64,000 bases of DNA from Oceanispirochaeta sp. (GCA_963666275.2 CAXXOA010000002.1:416001-480000); one strand, 5' to 3'; positions 29,684 through 40,553 are shown, counted from the stretch's first letter. Notes: generated by a model not told the origin, from the sequence alone. A program made the numbers and translations.

Positions 29684-31477
29684 TCAGACCTTAACAAGAT
29701 ACCCTTCCAGAATTCCTTCTGTCAGCAGATCTACAAGATTTTCCCTGAGGGGGAACTCTTTTTTCAATTCCGAGACTGTTCTGGCCGAAGTCAGTGCCGT
29801 AAGCAAGTCGGCAGAATCAGCCGGGAGCTTTTCAAAACAGATTTCCCAGTCCCTTGTCCAGAAGATCCATGGAGCATCCTCCTGATCTAGAAAAGGCAGA
29901 ATCTCATCCATGTCCGCATAAACAGACTGGGGAATCAGAGAGGGTTGGAGAGCAAAGTCTCTGATAAGGGCTCCCTCATAACGGGAGATTACTGATTCAT
30001 CAGTCAGGACAATCCCCTCTGCCGGAGTCGTACCCGTGTCATTCCGGTTTTCCAAAATTTCAAGGACAGCCAGATAATTCAGAAGATCCCGGCGGGCTCT
30101 GTAAGCATCCCTGTCAGAGTAGAGAGTCGCAAGAAAACTCTGTATTTCATCGGGAAAGAGAGGGTTTTGCGTATCCGGATTCCGAAACAGTCCCCACTTC
30201 TCCACGAGTTCCGATCCCGACAGGTCCAGATCACCGCAGACAGCATTAAACCAGCTGATCCCTTTACCCTCGTTATAGAGCTGATCAGCCAGAGCCGACA
30301 GAATCTCCGCTTTCCCCAGATCATCAGCGGAAAAAGAGTCAGTTCCAGTTACCCGGTAGGGATCCCGGCAGAGGGCATGCAGTCCCAGAGAATCAGCCTG
30401 ATCATACAGGACAGTGCCTGGAAGCACAGAAAGGGGAAAAAGATCCAGATGATTGGGTTCCAGAGAGAGGGCATAATCAAGAGACATTCTGTAACTGTCC
30501 AGAGTATCCCCGGGAAGGCCGTATATCAGATCCAGTCCGAATGAGATCTGATACTCCGATAACAGAGCCATCTTTTCCCTGAAAGCCAGGGAGTCGAATT
30601 TCCGGTTTACAAGCTTCAGGGCTTCGGGGTTGCTGCTCTGCAGACCGATCTGGAGAGTACAGGGGATCTGCGAAAAAGCCTCAGCCGTTTCATCATCCAG
30701 AAATTCGGAACGGATTTCAAAATAAAAGTAGGTGTCAGGGGCTAGCTCGGAGATAAGGTTCAGTATTTCAAGGACCCGCGTTTTATTCACATTGAATGTC
30801 GGATCCAGGACAAAAACCTGCTCAATCCCTGCATCTCCAATGATCTGCAGCTCCTCACGGATCCTTTCCGGATCCAGAGTACGGACGATCCTGCTTCCTT
30901 TGGATTCAAAGCAGAAATCACAGGCAAAAGGACAGCCCCGGGACAGTTCCCAGAGGAGACCCGTATTTTTATTCAGATCAAGAGCTCCCGACAGGATCGG
31001 TGAAGGCAGAGAATTAAAGTCCCGGCAGAAAGCGGCTCTTTCCGGCCTGGAATGTGCAGACCAGATACCCGGTAGGCCATCGGGATTCCCTCTGCCGGCG
31101 AGGGCATCAACCAGGGGAGCAATGACCTCTTCCCCCTCACCCTGCATGGCGTAGTCCACACCGGAATCAACGAGAAAACTCTCCGGAGCCGCAGTAACTT
31201 CTGGACCTCCCGCCAGCAGGATCAGATGCGGATTCAGACTCTTCAGCAACCGGGCAACCTGGATAACAAGTTCCCGATTCCAGAGGTACACCGGAAAACC
31301 TATGAGGTCAGGCTGAGTCTCAGCGAGGGAATCGGCAATTTCTTCGGCAGTCTGATCCAGAAAATGATCTGCCAGCAGAACATCATGGCCTGTAATCATG
31401 GATTTCAGACAGGCGGCTGCCAGAGGTATCGCTCTGGTCGAAGGTTCCAGATGAACTGTAGCAAAGAGTATTTTCAT
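29684..31477 (-). CDS. B12-binding domain radical SAM protein
   Basis: N-terminal cobalamin-binding-like domain (GFPVYLWN, GGPEVT, GEGE); SRGCPFACDFC CxxxCxxC; DLIYGLPGDT. Confidence 0.9.
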   Translation of the reverse strand: MKILFATVHLEPSTRAIPLAAACLKSMITGHDVLLADHFLDQTAEEIADSLAETQPDLIGFPVYLWNRELVIQVARLLKSLNPHLILLAGGPEVTAAPESFLVDSGVDYAMQGEGEEVIAPLVDALAGRGNPDGLPGIWSAHSRPERAAFCRDFNSLPSPILSGALDLNKNTGLLWELSRGCPFACDFCFESKGSRIVRTLDPERIREELQIIGDAGIEQVFVLDPTFNVNKTRVLEILNLISELAPDTYFYFEIRSEFLDDETAEAFSQIPCTLQIGLQSSNPEALKLVNRKFDSLAFREKMALLSEYQISFGLDLIYGLPGDTLDSYRMSLDYALSLEPNHLDLFPLSVLPGTVLYDQADSLGLHALCRDPYRVTGTDSFSADDLGKAEILSALADQLYNEGKGISWFNAVCGDLDLSGSELVEKWGLFRNPDTQNPLFPDEIQSFLATLYSDRDAYRARRDLLNYLAVLEILENRNDTGTTPAEGIVLTDESVISRYEGALIRDFALQPSLIPQSVYADMDEILPFLDQEDAPWIFWTRDWEICFEKLPADSADLLTALTSARTVSELKKEFPLRENLVDLLTEGILEGYLVKV

Positions 31478-31596
31478 ACTGACGATAGTAACAGAATCCC
31501 CTTTTTATAGACAGATACGGACAATTCTGTTTTTAGCAGTTTTCTAACAGAATTTTCACTGTTTAACACATCTCTGACAACTAGTTTCTTTTATAT

Positions 31597-32709
31597 ATGG
31601 AAAATCTATGGGGACAATGGGCATCTCTCCTTCAGGAGACGAAAGATAAAGCTTTCAAGCTTTCCCACAAGGGCAGACGTTTCGTTATTTTCAGCGACCT
31701 TCATATGGGGAACGGCGGAACCCGGGACGATTTTGCCCCGAACGGGCCGGCTTTTCAGAAAATACTCACAAACTTCTATCTGCCGGGAGAATACGACCTG
31801 ATTCTGAACGGGGATATTGAAGAGCTGCAGAAGTTTCAATGGGAACAGATCCGGCGGTACTGGAAGCCTCTCTACGCGGTCTTTGAGGATTTCAACAGAA
31901 AAGGAAAACTCCATAAAACTGTCGGGAATCATGATCTTATCCTTTCCGGTCGGAATATGGATTATCCATTCCAAGTCCATGAGAGCCTGGAAATTCACAG
32001 GAATTCAGACTCCCTCCTTGTTTATCACGGTCATCAGTTCTCTCATATCCTGCGGAAATTCGAAACTTTATGTAAATTTGCCATTCAGTACGTCGCGTAT
32101 CCCCTGGGAATTATGAACTATTCCAAATCACCGGACAGCCGGAAAAAACTGAAAACAGAACTGAGAGCCTATGAAGCTTCCCGACAGCTGGGACTGATAT
32201 CCATCATTGGTCATACACACCGGCCGCTGTTTGAATCGCTTTCCAAAAAAGATTCTCTCAAATACAGGATTGATACCCTGATCCGGCGCTACCGGTCGGG
32301 TTCACAGCAGGAGCAGATCAGGATAAGAAGCGAAATACGGCAGTGTCAGGAGGAGCTGAATCTAATGAAAGACAACAGTGAATTCCATATCAGCGAGCTC
32401 TACAGTTCAGAAACCCTTCTGCCCTGTCTTTTCAATTCTGGCTGCGCGATAGGCAAACGGGGAATCACATCCCTGGAAATACACGAAGATGAAATTCAGC
32501 TGATCTACTGGTACGATCAGTCAAAAATCTCCACAGCAACGGCACCGATCGGATACAACTATCATGAAATTCCCGGATCAACGCTGAGACGGGTCATTCT
32601 CAACAGAGAGAGGCTGGACTACATTCAGGATAAAATCCGGCTTATGAATCCTCAGCCTTCTCTTTTCTGGCAAGATACATCTTTACCATTTCAGCCGCTT
32701 CCAGACTGA
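31597..32709 (+). CDS. Metallophosphoesterase family protein
   Basis: SDLHMG, LNGDIEEL, GNHD, HGHQ, GHTHRP, FNSGC; 3' end overlaps the 3' end of uvrC by 68 bp. Confidence 0.85.
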   Translation: MENLWGQWASLLQETKDKAFKLSHKGRRFVIFSDLHMGNGGTRDDFAPNGPAFQKILTNFYLPGEYDLILNGDIEELQKFQWEQIRRYWKPLYAVFEDFNRKGKLHKTVGNHDLILSGRNMDYPFQVHESLEIHRNSDSLLVYHGHQFSHILRKFETLCKFAIQYVAYPLGIMNYSKSPDSRKKLKTELRAYEASRQLGLISIIGHTHRPLFESLSKKDSLKYRIDTLIRRYRSGSQQEQIRIRSEIRQCQEELNLMKDNSEFHISELYSSETLLPCLFNSGCAIGKRGITSLEIHEDEIQLIYWYDQSKISTATAPIGYNYHEIPGSTLRRVILNRERLDYIQDKIRLMNPQPSLFWQDTSLPFQPLPD

Positions 32710-34459
32710 TACCCGCAGATCCGGCTATTTCATCCACACCCGCAGCATAGAGTTTTTCCATGGAACCGAATGCCGTCAAAATTTTTTTGCTTCTGCTGGG
32801 GCCAATTCCCGGAATATTCTCGAGAGATGAGAGGGTCAGTGTCTTTTTCCGCCGTTTCTGGTTATGGCTTGTCGCAAACCTGTGGGTTTCATCCCGGACA
32901 TGCTGGAGGATACGGAGCGCCCGGTCTCCTTCGGGCAGATCGATAGGATCTTTTTCTCCCGGAAGAAATATCAGCTCCTCTCTTTTGGCAAGCCCTGCCA
33001 GAGGAATATCAAGCCCCAGGGCGTTCAGAACCTTCCAGGCAGCATTTACCTGACCTTTTCCACCGTCGATGAGAATAAGATCCGGTTTCTCCTTTCCTTC
33101 ATTCATAATCCGTGTATACCGCCGGGCAACTGCCTCGCTGATAGCTTTATAGTCGTCAATGTCTCCATCCAGAGAGCGGATATTGAAGTGCCTGTAGTTT
33201 TTTCTATCCGGATTGCCATCTTTAAATGAGATAAGAGAAGCAACGGTGAAATGCCCGTCCAGCTGGGCAATGTCAAAGCCTTCTATCCGGCGGGGGAGCT
33301 TCCTCAGACCCAGAAGGGTTTTCAGATCCTCCAGTGCCGGCTTGTTCCCCAGGTCCTGAAGTTTCCGTGCCAGATCCATCCTGGCATTTTCCACAGCCAT
33401 ATTCAGAACGGCCTGATCTTTTTTAGACTCGGGAAGCTCCAGCCTGAGATTTTCGGCTCCTGGAACCTCGCTCCTCAGATACTGCTGAATCAGGCTTCTG
33501 TCCTCCAGAGAAACAAAGACTGTTTCTGGGAAATCCCTGTCGGGAGAGGAGTAGTATCGGAGAAGGAACTCCTGGATCGCTTCGGGCGTGGAACCATAGT
33601 ACTCATTCCGGAAAGTCTCTTTGCCGAGAAGCTTTCCCGAGCGCATCTGAATAACGGCAAAAGCATAGTAGTCTCCCGAAACATCCGCACCGATATAGTC
33701 TCTGCTCTCCTGCTGAAAGTCCTCCACTTTCTGCTCTGTCTGCAATTTCTGAAGACTCAGCATGTTGTCCCTGATCTCTGCGGCTCTCTCAAACTCCAGA
33801 GCTTCAGAAGCCGCTTTCATCTCTTTCATCAGTTCCTTTTCCAGACCGACAGTTTTTCCGGACAGGAGATTCTTCGCCTTGTTTATACTTTTTCTATACT
33901 CTTCCCGGGAGACAAATCCGCAGCAGGGAGCCTCACATTTTCCCATATGATAATAGAGACAGGGTCTTTCCCTCTTTTTCAGGATCCGGCATTTCCGGAT
34001 GGGAAAGAGGGAATATATCAGTTCCACCGTGGCATCCAGGACTTTCACATCCGGATAGGGTCCGTAATACCTGGACCCGTCTTCCATAATATTTCTTGTT
34101 TTAAAGATCCGTGGAAAATCTTCATTGGTCACACGGATGACCGGATAACTTTTCCCGTCCTTCAGGTTTATGTTGTACCGGGGATTCCATTTTTTAATAA
34201 GGTTGTTTTCAAGAAGCAGCGCCTCATATTCGGATCCGGTGACGATATATTCGATATGATGGATTTTTTTCACAAGAGTTCTGGTTTTTACATCTTTCAC
34301 TCCGGAAAAATAGGACCTTACCCTGTTTTTAAGGCGGACCGCTTTCCCTATATAGATGATCTTTTTCCCTTCATCTTTCATAAGGTAGACACCCGGAGAA
34401 AGGGGAAAGTCTTTTATTTGATTAACAAGTCTCTCAACTCTATCTTTATTGTTTTCCAT
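32642..34459 (-). CDS. uvrC: Excinuclease ABC subunit C
   Basis: PGVYLM..YIGKAVRLKNRVRSYF GIY-YIG domain, UVR domain (LEFERAAEIRD), IEGFDIA, LIDGGKGQ, RDETHRFA, HhH. Confidence 0.97.
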   Translation of the reverse strand: MENNKDRVERLVNQIKDFPLSPGVYLMKDEGKKIIYIGKAVRLKNRVRSYFSGVKDVKTRTLVKKIHHIEYIVTGSEYEALLLENNLIKKWNPRYNINLKDGKSYPVIRVTNEDFPRIFKTRNIMEDGSRYYGPYPDVKVLDATVELIYSLFPIRKCRILKKRERPCLYYHMGKCEAPCCGFVSREEYRKSINKAKNLLSGKTVGLEKELMKEMKAASEALEFERAAEIRDNMLSLQKLQTEQKVEDFQQESRDYIGADVSGDYYAFAVIQMRSGKLLGKETFRNEYYGSTPEAIQEFLLRYYSSPDRDFPETVFVSLEDRSLIQQYLRSEVPGAENLRLELPESKKDQAVLNMAVENARMDLARKLQDLGNKPALEDLKTLLGLRKLPRRIEGFDIAQLDGHFTVASLISFKDGNPDRKNYRHFNIRSLDGDIDDYKAISEAVARRYTRIMNEGKEKPDLILIDGGKGQVNAAWKVLNALGLDIPLAGLAKREELIFLPGEKDPIDLPEGDRALRILQHVRDETHRFATSHNQKRRKKTLTLSSLENIPGIGPSRSKKILTAFGSMEKLYAAGVDEIAGSAGISLEAAEMVKMYLARKEKAEDS

Positions 34460-34490
34460 AAATCTCCGATATTATACGTAATCAGTAACC

Positions 34491-35969
34491 ATGAAAAAAG
34501 ATACAACTACCCTGATTTTAATGCTATTTCTCCTCTTTGCCTCCATTCCAGCCTTTTCAGAAACCATTTCCATCGGGAATGAAGACGAATGGCGCGGGGC
34601 GAATCTGAACAATCTGAAAACATCTGCCGGACGCGGAGGCTTTCAGGATCTTGTTATTAACACGACAGAACTGAATGTTTCCGGGACAACAGACCTCCTC
34701 CTCTCTTTCAACGCTCCGGCGGCTCAGGATAAAACAGGTCTCTATACCATACTGGAAAATCCCGATTATAACGGTGACTTTAAAAAAACAGGTTCCTCCA
34801 GTGCGGCTTTCTTCAATAACAAGAAAATGGTTCTTGAGCCTCAGGAAGGATCGAGACTGGCTCCCCATACAAACTGGGAGGATTTTACCATTGAATTCTG
34901 GCTGTATCCGGCCAACCCCAAAGAGGGAGAACAGATCCTGCAATGGAAAGGACTGGGACGCCTGGATTCCCAGATTTTTTCCCAGACAATCAACTGTCAT
35001 TTCCTGAACAGAAAAATGGTCTGGAGTTTTGATAACTTCTTTCAGCTGCCGGGAAGCCCTTTTTCCCATTATGAAATTTCAGGACCACCTCTTCTCCCCC
35101 GTCAGTGGCATCATCATATGCTCCGCTATGAGAGCAGTACCGGAATGCTGGAATATCTGATTGACGGACTGCCCGCCGCCATCATTTATACAACATCCAG
35201 CGGGAATGAATCCCATACGGTCTATACTCCCCGGATCGGAGAAGAACCGGGAAATCTGGTGATCGGAGAGAGCCTCACCGGTTTCATGGATGAATTCAGG
35301 ATAGATACCACCTTTATAAGTAACAGGTCTCTCAACCGGTATTACAAGCCCGGTTACGGCATTTCCAGAATCATAGACCTGAACTATCCGGATTCCAGGA
35401 TCAGCAGCCTGACTCCCGTCCTTTCAGAGCCTGGAAGTTCCAAGGTGTTTCCCTACTTTTTTACAACCAATAACCTTCTGGAAGCAGAAGAGATCCTAAG
35501 ATCCTTTTCAGGAGAGTCCTCTATACTGGATAAGGATTCCCCCTGGACGGGGTTTGAAGAGCTGGATAACCCGGCAAAGGGGCGGTATCTGCTTATATCA
35601 TTTCTTCTCTATCCGGATCTGAAGCTGGATCAGACTCCCCGTCTGTCATCCATAAATATTGAATATGAACCTTCCCTTCCTCCGCTTCCTCCCACATACA
35701 TTACTGTAGAACGGCTGGAAACCGGTTCTGTATCTCTGAAATGGAACAGATCCCCCTCTCCCGAAGTAAAAGGCTATCTTGTCTTTTTCGGTGAAAAACC
35801 GGGAGAGTATATATACCCCGGCAGCCCCATGGATGCGGGAAGGGAAAATTCCATTGAAATCCATGGACTTTCTCCGTTTAAGCAGTTTTTTTTCTCCGTT
35901 AAGGCTTATAATGAAGGAGAAATTCCCCAATATAGTGATTTCTCTGAAGAGATATCTATTCGTCCCTAA
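34491..35969 (+). CDS. Secreted LamG-like jelly-roll plus fibronectin type III domain protein
   Basis: Signal peptide; DFTIEFWLYP...QWHH...GFMDEFRI (LamG-like); C-terminal LKWNRSPSPEVKGYLVFFG...GLSP...FSVKAYN (FN3). Confidence 0.75.
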   Translation: MKKDTTTLILMLFLLFASIPAFSETISIGNEDEWRGANLNNLKTSAGRGGFQDLVINTTELNVSGTTDLLLSFNAPAAQDKTGLYTILENPDYNGDFKKTGSSSAAFFNNKKMVLEPQEGSRLAPHTNWEDFTIEFWLYPANPKEGEQILQWKGLGRLDSQIFSQTINCHFLNRKMVWSFDNFFQLPGSPFSHYEISGPPLLPRQWHHHMLRYESSTGMLEYLIDGLPAAIIYTTSSGNESHTVYTPRIGEEPGNLVIGESLTGFMDEFRIDTTFISNRSLNRYYKPGYGISRIIDLNYPDSRISSLTPVLSEPGSSKVFPYFFTTNNLLEAEEILRSFSGESSILDKDSPWTGFEELDNPAKGRYLLISFLLYPDLKLDQTPRLSSINIEYEPSLPPLPPTYITVERLETGSVSLKWNRSPSPEVKGYLVFFGEKPGEYIYPGSPMDAGRENSIEIHGLSPFKQFFFSVKAYNEGEIPQYSDFSEEISIRP

Positions 35970-35980
35970 GGAAAATATAT

Positions 35981-38296
35981 ATGCCTGATCAGAAAAGCCA
36001 GTACAACAAAGCTGTTTCCGCCTATCTTCTTGAGGATTATCCTCTGGCTAAAAAACTGACCGAAAAACTCATTGCTGATTACGGTGACAAACCGGTTTAT
36101 AATATCCTTCTCGGAAATATTTACCAGGCCCAGGAAGATCTGGAAAGCTCTGTTAAATCCTACAAAAAAGCCCTGGAGCAATCTCCGGATAATCCGGAAG
36201 CCTACAACAACATAGGAGTTGTCTACAAAAAGAGCGGAGAGTTTCAGAAAGCCCTGACCGCATTCCAGCAGGCCAGGGAACTGTCTCCGGACAGGGCAGA
36301 TATCTGTTACAATCTGGGGAATCTTTACAAACAGTTTGAAGATTATGAAAATGCGGAAATATGGTACCAGAAATCTATCGAGATAGATCCCTCCTATATT
36401 AATGCCTATAACAACCTGGGAACTATCTTTGAAAAGAACAAGGATATCGATAAAGCTCAGGAAATCTATAAACAGGCTCTGTCTATTGATAAGAATAATG
36501 CAACCCTTCTCTATAATCTGGGAATCTCCTACGAAGAGAAGGGGGATTTTGCAGAAGCCCAGTCATCCTATGAAAAATCCTTGAAGTTCCGTCCCGGCTG
36601 GACTCCCAGTCTCAATAACCTGGGATCTGTGCTTCACAACCAGGGAAAGGAAAATGAGGCTGAGAAGCAGTTCAATCAGTTATTGAAAAAGGACCCTGAG
36701 AATGTCCATGCCATGACGGGCATAGGATCTATCTATGCTTCAAAGGGAGATAATAACAGGGCGCGTCAGTTCTTTAAAAAGGCCCTGTCAGTCGATCCCT
36801 CCTACAAATCGGCAACGATCAACCTTAAAAATATCTATGTTAAAGAGAATTCTTTTCAGGAAGCTCTGGAGGAATTGAACAGACAGGCCACATTTCACCC
36901 TAAAGACATGGATATTCAGTATCAGATCGGGAGCATTCTTAAAAAGCTGGAAAGGAAGAAAGAAGCTGAACAGGTTTTTAACAGAATCCTAGACCGGGAT
37001 CAGGACAATATAAACGTCTATAAGGAACTGGCTCAGATCTATGCGGATATGGAAAGGCCTGAACGGCTCAGATCCTGTCTGATTGAGATTCAGAAAAGGG
37101 ATCCCCAGGACAGGGAAATTCTGAAAATACTCTCTGAAACCTATCTCAAGAGAGACAGGCTGGAAGAGGCCGAGCTCTACATTGATCAGTATCTGGAAAC
37201 CTATCCGGATGATCGGGGGGCCCTGAAAATCAAAGCCCAGATCCTTCAGAAATCTTCCGATCCCGAAGGGGCCTCTGAAATTTACAGCAGGATAGGCAAT
37301 GATCCCGAGCTGAACTCTGATCCTGCCATGCTGACCGATATGGCCGAAGCGTTCTTTAAATCCGGCAACAGAGAGAAAGCTGTCGCGAAACTGGAGCAGC
37401 TAGTCAATCTCCACGGCTCCATGAGTACAGGCGATAATATCGATGATCTTGCCAATACCCTGGATCTCTATGAAAAAACGGTTTCCTCTTTTGAACAGGG
37501 AGAGGGAAGCCAATGGCAGAATAATCTTGAAAAAATGCGTCATATCACTCTGAGGGACAGGCAGAATCAGAAAAATGAATCCGCCATGGATGAATCCTCT
37601 ATAAGTCAGATCCCTGTGGAATCCGAAGATGCCATAAGCCTGCTGGATATATCGGCCATGGAGCCTGTAATCCGGATCAATGAAGAAGAAGATACCCTTT
37701 TTCTGGAAGAGGAAACGGAAATTTTCAATGAACAGTTCATAGAATTGGAAGATCAGGAAGATGAGGAGGAAGAACCGGAAGAGGCAGTTCCGGAACCGGT
37801 CGCTCCCCAGCAGGAGCCGCCCTATTATCCTCCCGCGCCCCCTCAGGATGTCTATCCGGAAACCCAGTATTTTCCGCCGGAGGAAATGCCCCCCTCTCAG
37901 CCGCTGCCACCTGAAACGCCACCGGTAGAAGATGAGGAGAAAAAAGACGGGGAAAAACTCAATATTGCGGGAATGATCAACTATCTTTTTGAACTGTCTC
38001 ACGACCTTCCTCAGGAGAAGAAAGAGATCCTCATAGAAAAGTCTATTCCTCTTAAAATGGCCTCTGTGGTTAAACGACTTTCCAATGGAGCCCATTTTAA
38101 AGACAAGGTTTCCCGATACGATAGAAGGAACAGAAACAGGAAGGACTACAAACTGAGTGAAAAGAAACTGGGAGACTCCATGCATGCTTTCCAGGACCTG
38201 GCCAATATGCATCCGGATTCTCTGATAAGTTCAACGTTCAAAAGAAAAATGGATGATCTGATCTCCAAGCTCAAACCCTATATGAAAGAGGATTAG
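35981..38296 (+). CDS. Tetratricopeptide repeat protein with acidic/Pro-rich C-terminal region
   Basis: Many TPRs (PEAYNNIGVVY, ICYNLGNLY, AYNNLGTIF, LYNLGISY) followed by a Glu/Pro-rich low-complexity segment. Confidence 0.9.
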   Translation: MPDQKSQYNKAVSAYLLEDYPLAKKLTEKLIADYGDKPVYNILLGNIYQAQEDLESSVKSYKKALEQSPDNPEAYNNIGVVYKKSGEFQKALTAFQQARELSPDRADICYNLGNLYKQFEDYENAEIWYQKSIEIDPSYINAYNNLGTIFEKNKDIDKAQEIYKQALSIDKNNATLLYNLGISYEEKGDFAEAQSSYEKSLKFRPGWTPSLNNLGSVLHNQGKENEAEKQFNQLLKKDPENVHAMTGIGSIYASKGDNNRARQFFKKALSVDPSYKSATINLKNIYVKENSFQEALEELNRQATFHPKDMDIQYQIGSILKKLERKKEAEQVFNRILDRDQDNINVYKELAQIYADMERPERLRSCLIEIQKRDPQDREILKILSETYLKRDRLEEAELYIDQYLETYPDDRGALKIKAQILQKSSDPEGASEIYSRIGNDPELNSDPAMLTDMAEAFFKSGNREKAVAKLEQLVNLHGSMSTGDNIDDLANTLDLYEKTVSSFEQGEGSQWQNNLEKMRHITLRDRQNQKNESAMDESSISQIPVESEDAISLLDISAMEPVIRINEEEDTLFLEEETEIFNEQFIELEDQEDEEEEPEEAVPEPVAPQQEPPYYPPAPPQDVYPETQYFPPEEMPPSQPLPPETPPVEDEEKKDGEKLNIAGMINYLFELSHDLPQEKKEILIEKSIPLKMASVVKRLSNGAHFKDKVSRYDRRNRNRKDYKLSEKKLGDSMHAFQDLANMHPDSLISSTFKRKMDDLISKLKPYMKED

Positions 38297-38298
38297 GT

Positions 38299-38904
38299 CT
38301 AATCCTTTTCCCTGAGCACGACTCCCCCGCTGGATAAATCCCGGATAAGGGTGGTGCACTCTTCCATATGCCGGTCGGGAATCGAAAATTCCATCGTCAC
38401 ATCCGTTTCGAAATCCTCATTGACAATGATCCCTTCCGAAGAAAGTAAGGTTTTTTTAATCTGCTCATACAGAGAATAAGGACAGACCAGGGAGCACTCC
38501 GTCCGTGAGATCTTTTCAAGAGGTTCCACAGTTTCAAGGACATCCCGGGCTGCTCTGGTATAGGCGCTGACAAGGCCTCCGGTTCCCAGTTTGATCCCTC
38601 CGAAGTAACGTATGACCAGTATAAGAATATTCGTCATTCCGCTGCCTTTTAAAACTTCAAGCACCGGTTTGCCTGCTGTACCGTGGGGCTCGCCGTCATC
38701 ACTCATACCGAATACAGAACGGGCATCTCCTATGATATAGGCCCATACGACATGGCGGCTCTGAGGATGGGCATTCCTGGTTTCTTTTAAAAGGCCTCTG
38801 ACCTGTTCTGCATCATCCACAGGCAGGCAGAGGCTTATAAAACGAGATTTTTTTTCCTGAAACTCAGATTCCCCCGGACCCGAGGGGATTAATACTTTTT
38901 CCAT
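38299..38904 (-). CDS. yigZ: YigZ/IMPACT family protein
   Basis: EKKSRFI, SDDGEPHGTAGKP, RYFGGIKLGTGGLVSAY. Confidence 0.93.
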   Translation of the reverse strand: MEKVLIPSGPGESEFQEKKSRFISLCLPVDDAEQVRGLLKETRNAHPQSRHVVWAYIIGDARSVFGMSDDGEPHGTAGKPVLEVLKGSGMTNILILVIRYFGGIKLGTGGLVSAYTRAARDVLETVEPLEKISRTECSLVCPYSLYEQIKKTLLSSEGIIVNEDFETDVTMEFSIPDRHMEECTTLIRDLSSGGVVLREKD

Positions 38905-39085
38905 TTATTTTTTTTCCTATATATAGGATTCAATGCTATAATAAAAATTCTACTACATTCAATTTTTTATCTCATCACAATCATTAAAAACTATTTCAAA
39001 CATTGAGTTTATTAAGAATTTATAGTATTATACAAAATTCACAATAAAATAAGATTATGACTCATATAATAGCAAGGAGCTATAG

Positions 39086-40510
39086 TTGATAAAAAAAGAT
39101 TTTCCCAAAATACATTATTACGACCAGGATTTTGTCGATATCTATAACCGTTCCTGGGCATGGATACAGGACTTCTGGCTCAAGGGGAATACAGAATTAA
39201 ATGTAAAGAACAGTTTCTTTAATTATAACGAATATGAAACCATTAATTTGTTCGAAACCTCTGTATCCACTTTCTTCATGGTATACAACAACAATAAATA
39301 TCCCGTGGCACCTATGCTGGATAACTTTTATGCACTGCAGGAGGAAAACGGAGCAATACGCCTTGAATACAATCTGAAAGAAGGGAAACCTGTCTTTACT
39401 CCCGGCAACCCCGAGGGTGTTTCTCCTCCTCTTCTCGCATGGGTTGAGTATAATCTCTACCATAAAGTAGGACAGAAAAAACGGATCAAAGAGATCATGC
39501 CCTATCTGGAACGCTACTATTCCTGGCTGGATGTCACATTCAAGGATCAGGATACGGGCCTCTATGCCGTTCCTCTCGAAGGGACCATGATGGAAAATGC
39601 CCCCCGTGAAGGCATGTATTATCCCATAGACTTCAATTCCCAGCAGGCGCTGAACTCTCTTTACATGTCAGCTCTGGGAGATATCCTCAACGATAAGGAA
39701 CTCAGTTTTAAATATAAAAAACAGTACTTTTCCCTGAAAACCAGAATCAACAGTATGATGTGGAATGAAGAGGAACATATCTACTATGACCTGGATAAGG
39801 ATCTGCAGCAGATAAAAGTCAAAACAGCGGCGGCATTCTGGCCTCTTCTGGCAGAAATTCCCAATGAAGCCCGGGCGGAAGATATTATAGAACTGCTGAA
39901 AGACCCCGATCATTTTGGCACTGATAACCCTTTTCCCTCTCTTTCTGCCAGTGAAGCAGCCTTTGATAAAAAAGGAAACGGCTACTGCGGTTCGGTATTT
40001 CCCTTTCTGACCTTTATGATCATCAAAGGTCTTGAAAAATATGCCCGATACGATTTTGCCCGAGAGTGTGCGATCAGACATCTCTACTATGTTCTTGATA
40101 CATTTCATCCCGACGGTAACAAGAAGGGAACCCTCTGGGAAGCCTATGCACCTCTCAACGAGGGACCGGCCCAATGGAACGATGAGGAAAGGGAGAACAA
40201 GTCTCTCTACCTTCCCTATGCCGCACTTTCCACCATAACCCTCATGATCGAAAACGTTGTGGGTCTGTACATCTCCCTTCCCCGTAAAACTGTCGACTGG
40301 ATCGTTCCGACACTGGAACTTATGGGTATTGAAGATCTATCGCTGAAGCGGAATATGATCACTATTCTGAGTAACAAAAGCGGGAGAGGATGGGAAATCC
40401 GTCTGGAGTCTGAAAAACTCTACTATTTCACCATTGATATCCTGGGAGAGAAGAAGAAAACCCTTCCCATCCCCTCCGGAAAATGCTCCATGCTTATCGA
40501 CAAACTCTAG
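39086..40510 (+). CDS. MGH1/GH63-trehalase-like (alpha/alpha)6 glycoside hydrolase family protein
   Basis: PPLLAWVEY, MENAPR, INSMMWNEE..IYYD, FWPLLA, PFPSLS, GYCGSVF, LWEAYAP; TTG start after AAGGAG. Confidence 0.75.
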   Translation: MIKKDFPKIHYYDQDFVDIYNRSWAWIQDFWLKGNTELNVKNSFFNYNEYETINLFETSVSTFFMVYNNNKYPVAPMLDNFYALQEENGAIRLEYNLKEGKPVFTPGNPEGVSPPLLAWVEYNLYHKVGQKKRIKEIMPYLERYYSWLDVTFKDQDTGLYAVPLEGTMMENAPREGMYYPIDFNSQQALNSLYMSALGDILNDKELSFKYKKQYFSLKTRINSMMWNEEEHIYYDLDKDLQQIKVKTAAAFWPLLAEIPNEARAEDIIELLKDPDHFGTDNPFPSLSASEAAFDKKGNGYCGSVFPFLTFMIIKGLEKYARYDFARECAIRHLYYVLDTFHPDGNKKGTLWEAYAPLNEGPAQWNDEERENKSLYLPYAALSTITLMIENVVGLYISLPRKTVDWIVPTLELMGIEDLSLKRNMITILSNKSGRGWEIRLESEKLYYFTIDILGEKKKTLPIPSGKCSMLIDKL

Positions 40511-40524
40511 GAACAGTCAAATAG

Positions 40525-40553
40525 AAAAAAAGCAGCCTCCGGGCTGCTTTTTT
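40525..40553. terminator. Bidirectional intrinsic terminator
   Basis: AAAAAAAGCAGCC-TCCG-GGCTGCTTTTTT between convergent genes. Confidence 0.85.

Noticed and set aside
29684..31477. Radical SAM gene as the missing GRE activase
   Set aside because: It has a B12-binding class B-like architecture, not that of a GRE activating enzyme, and lies over 20 kb away.
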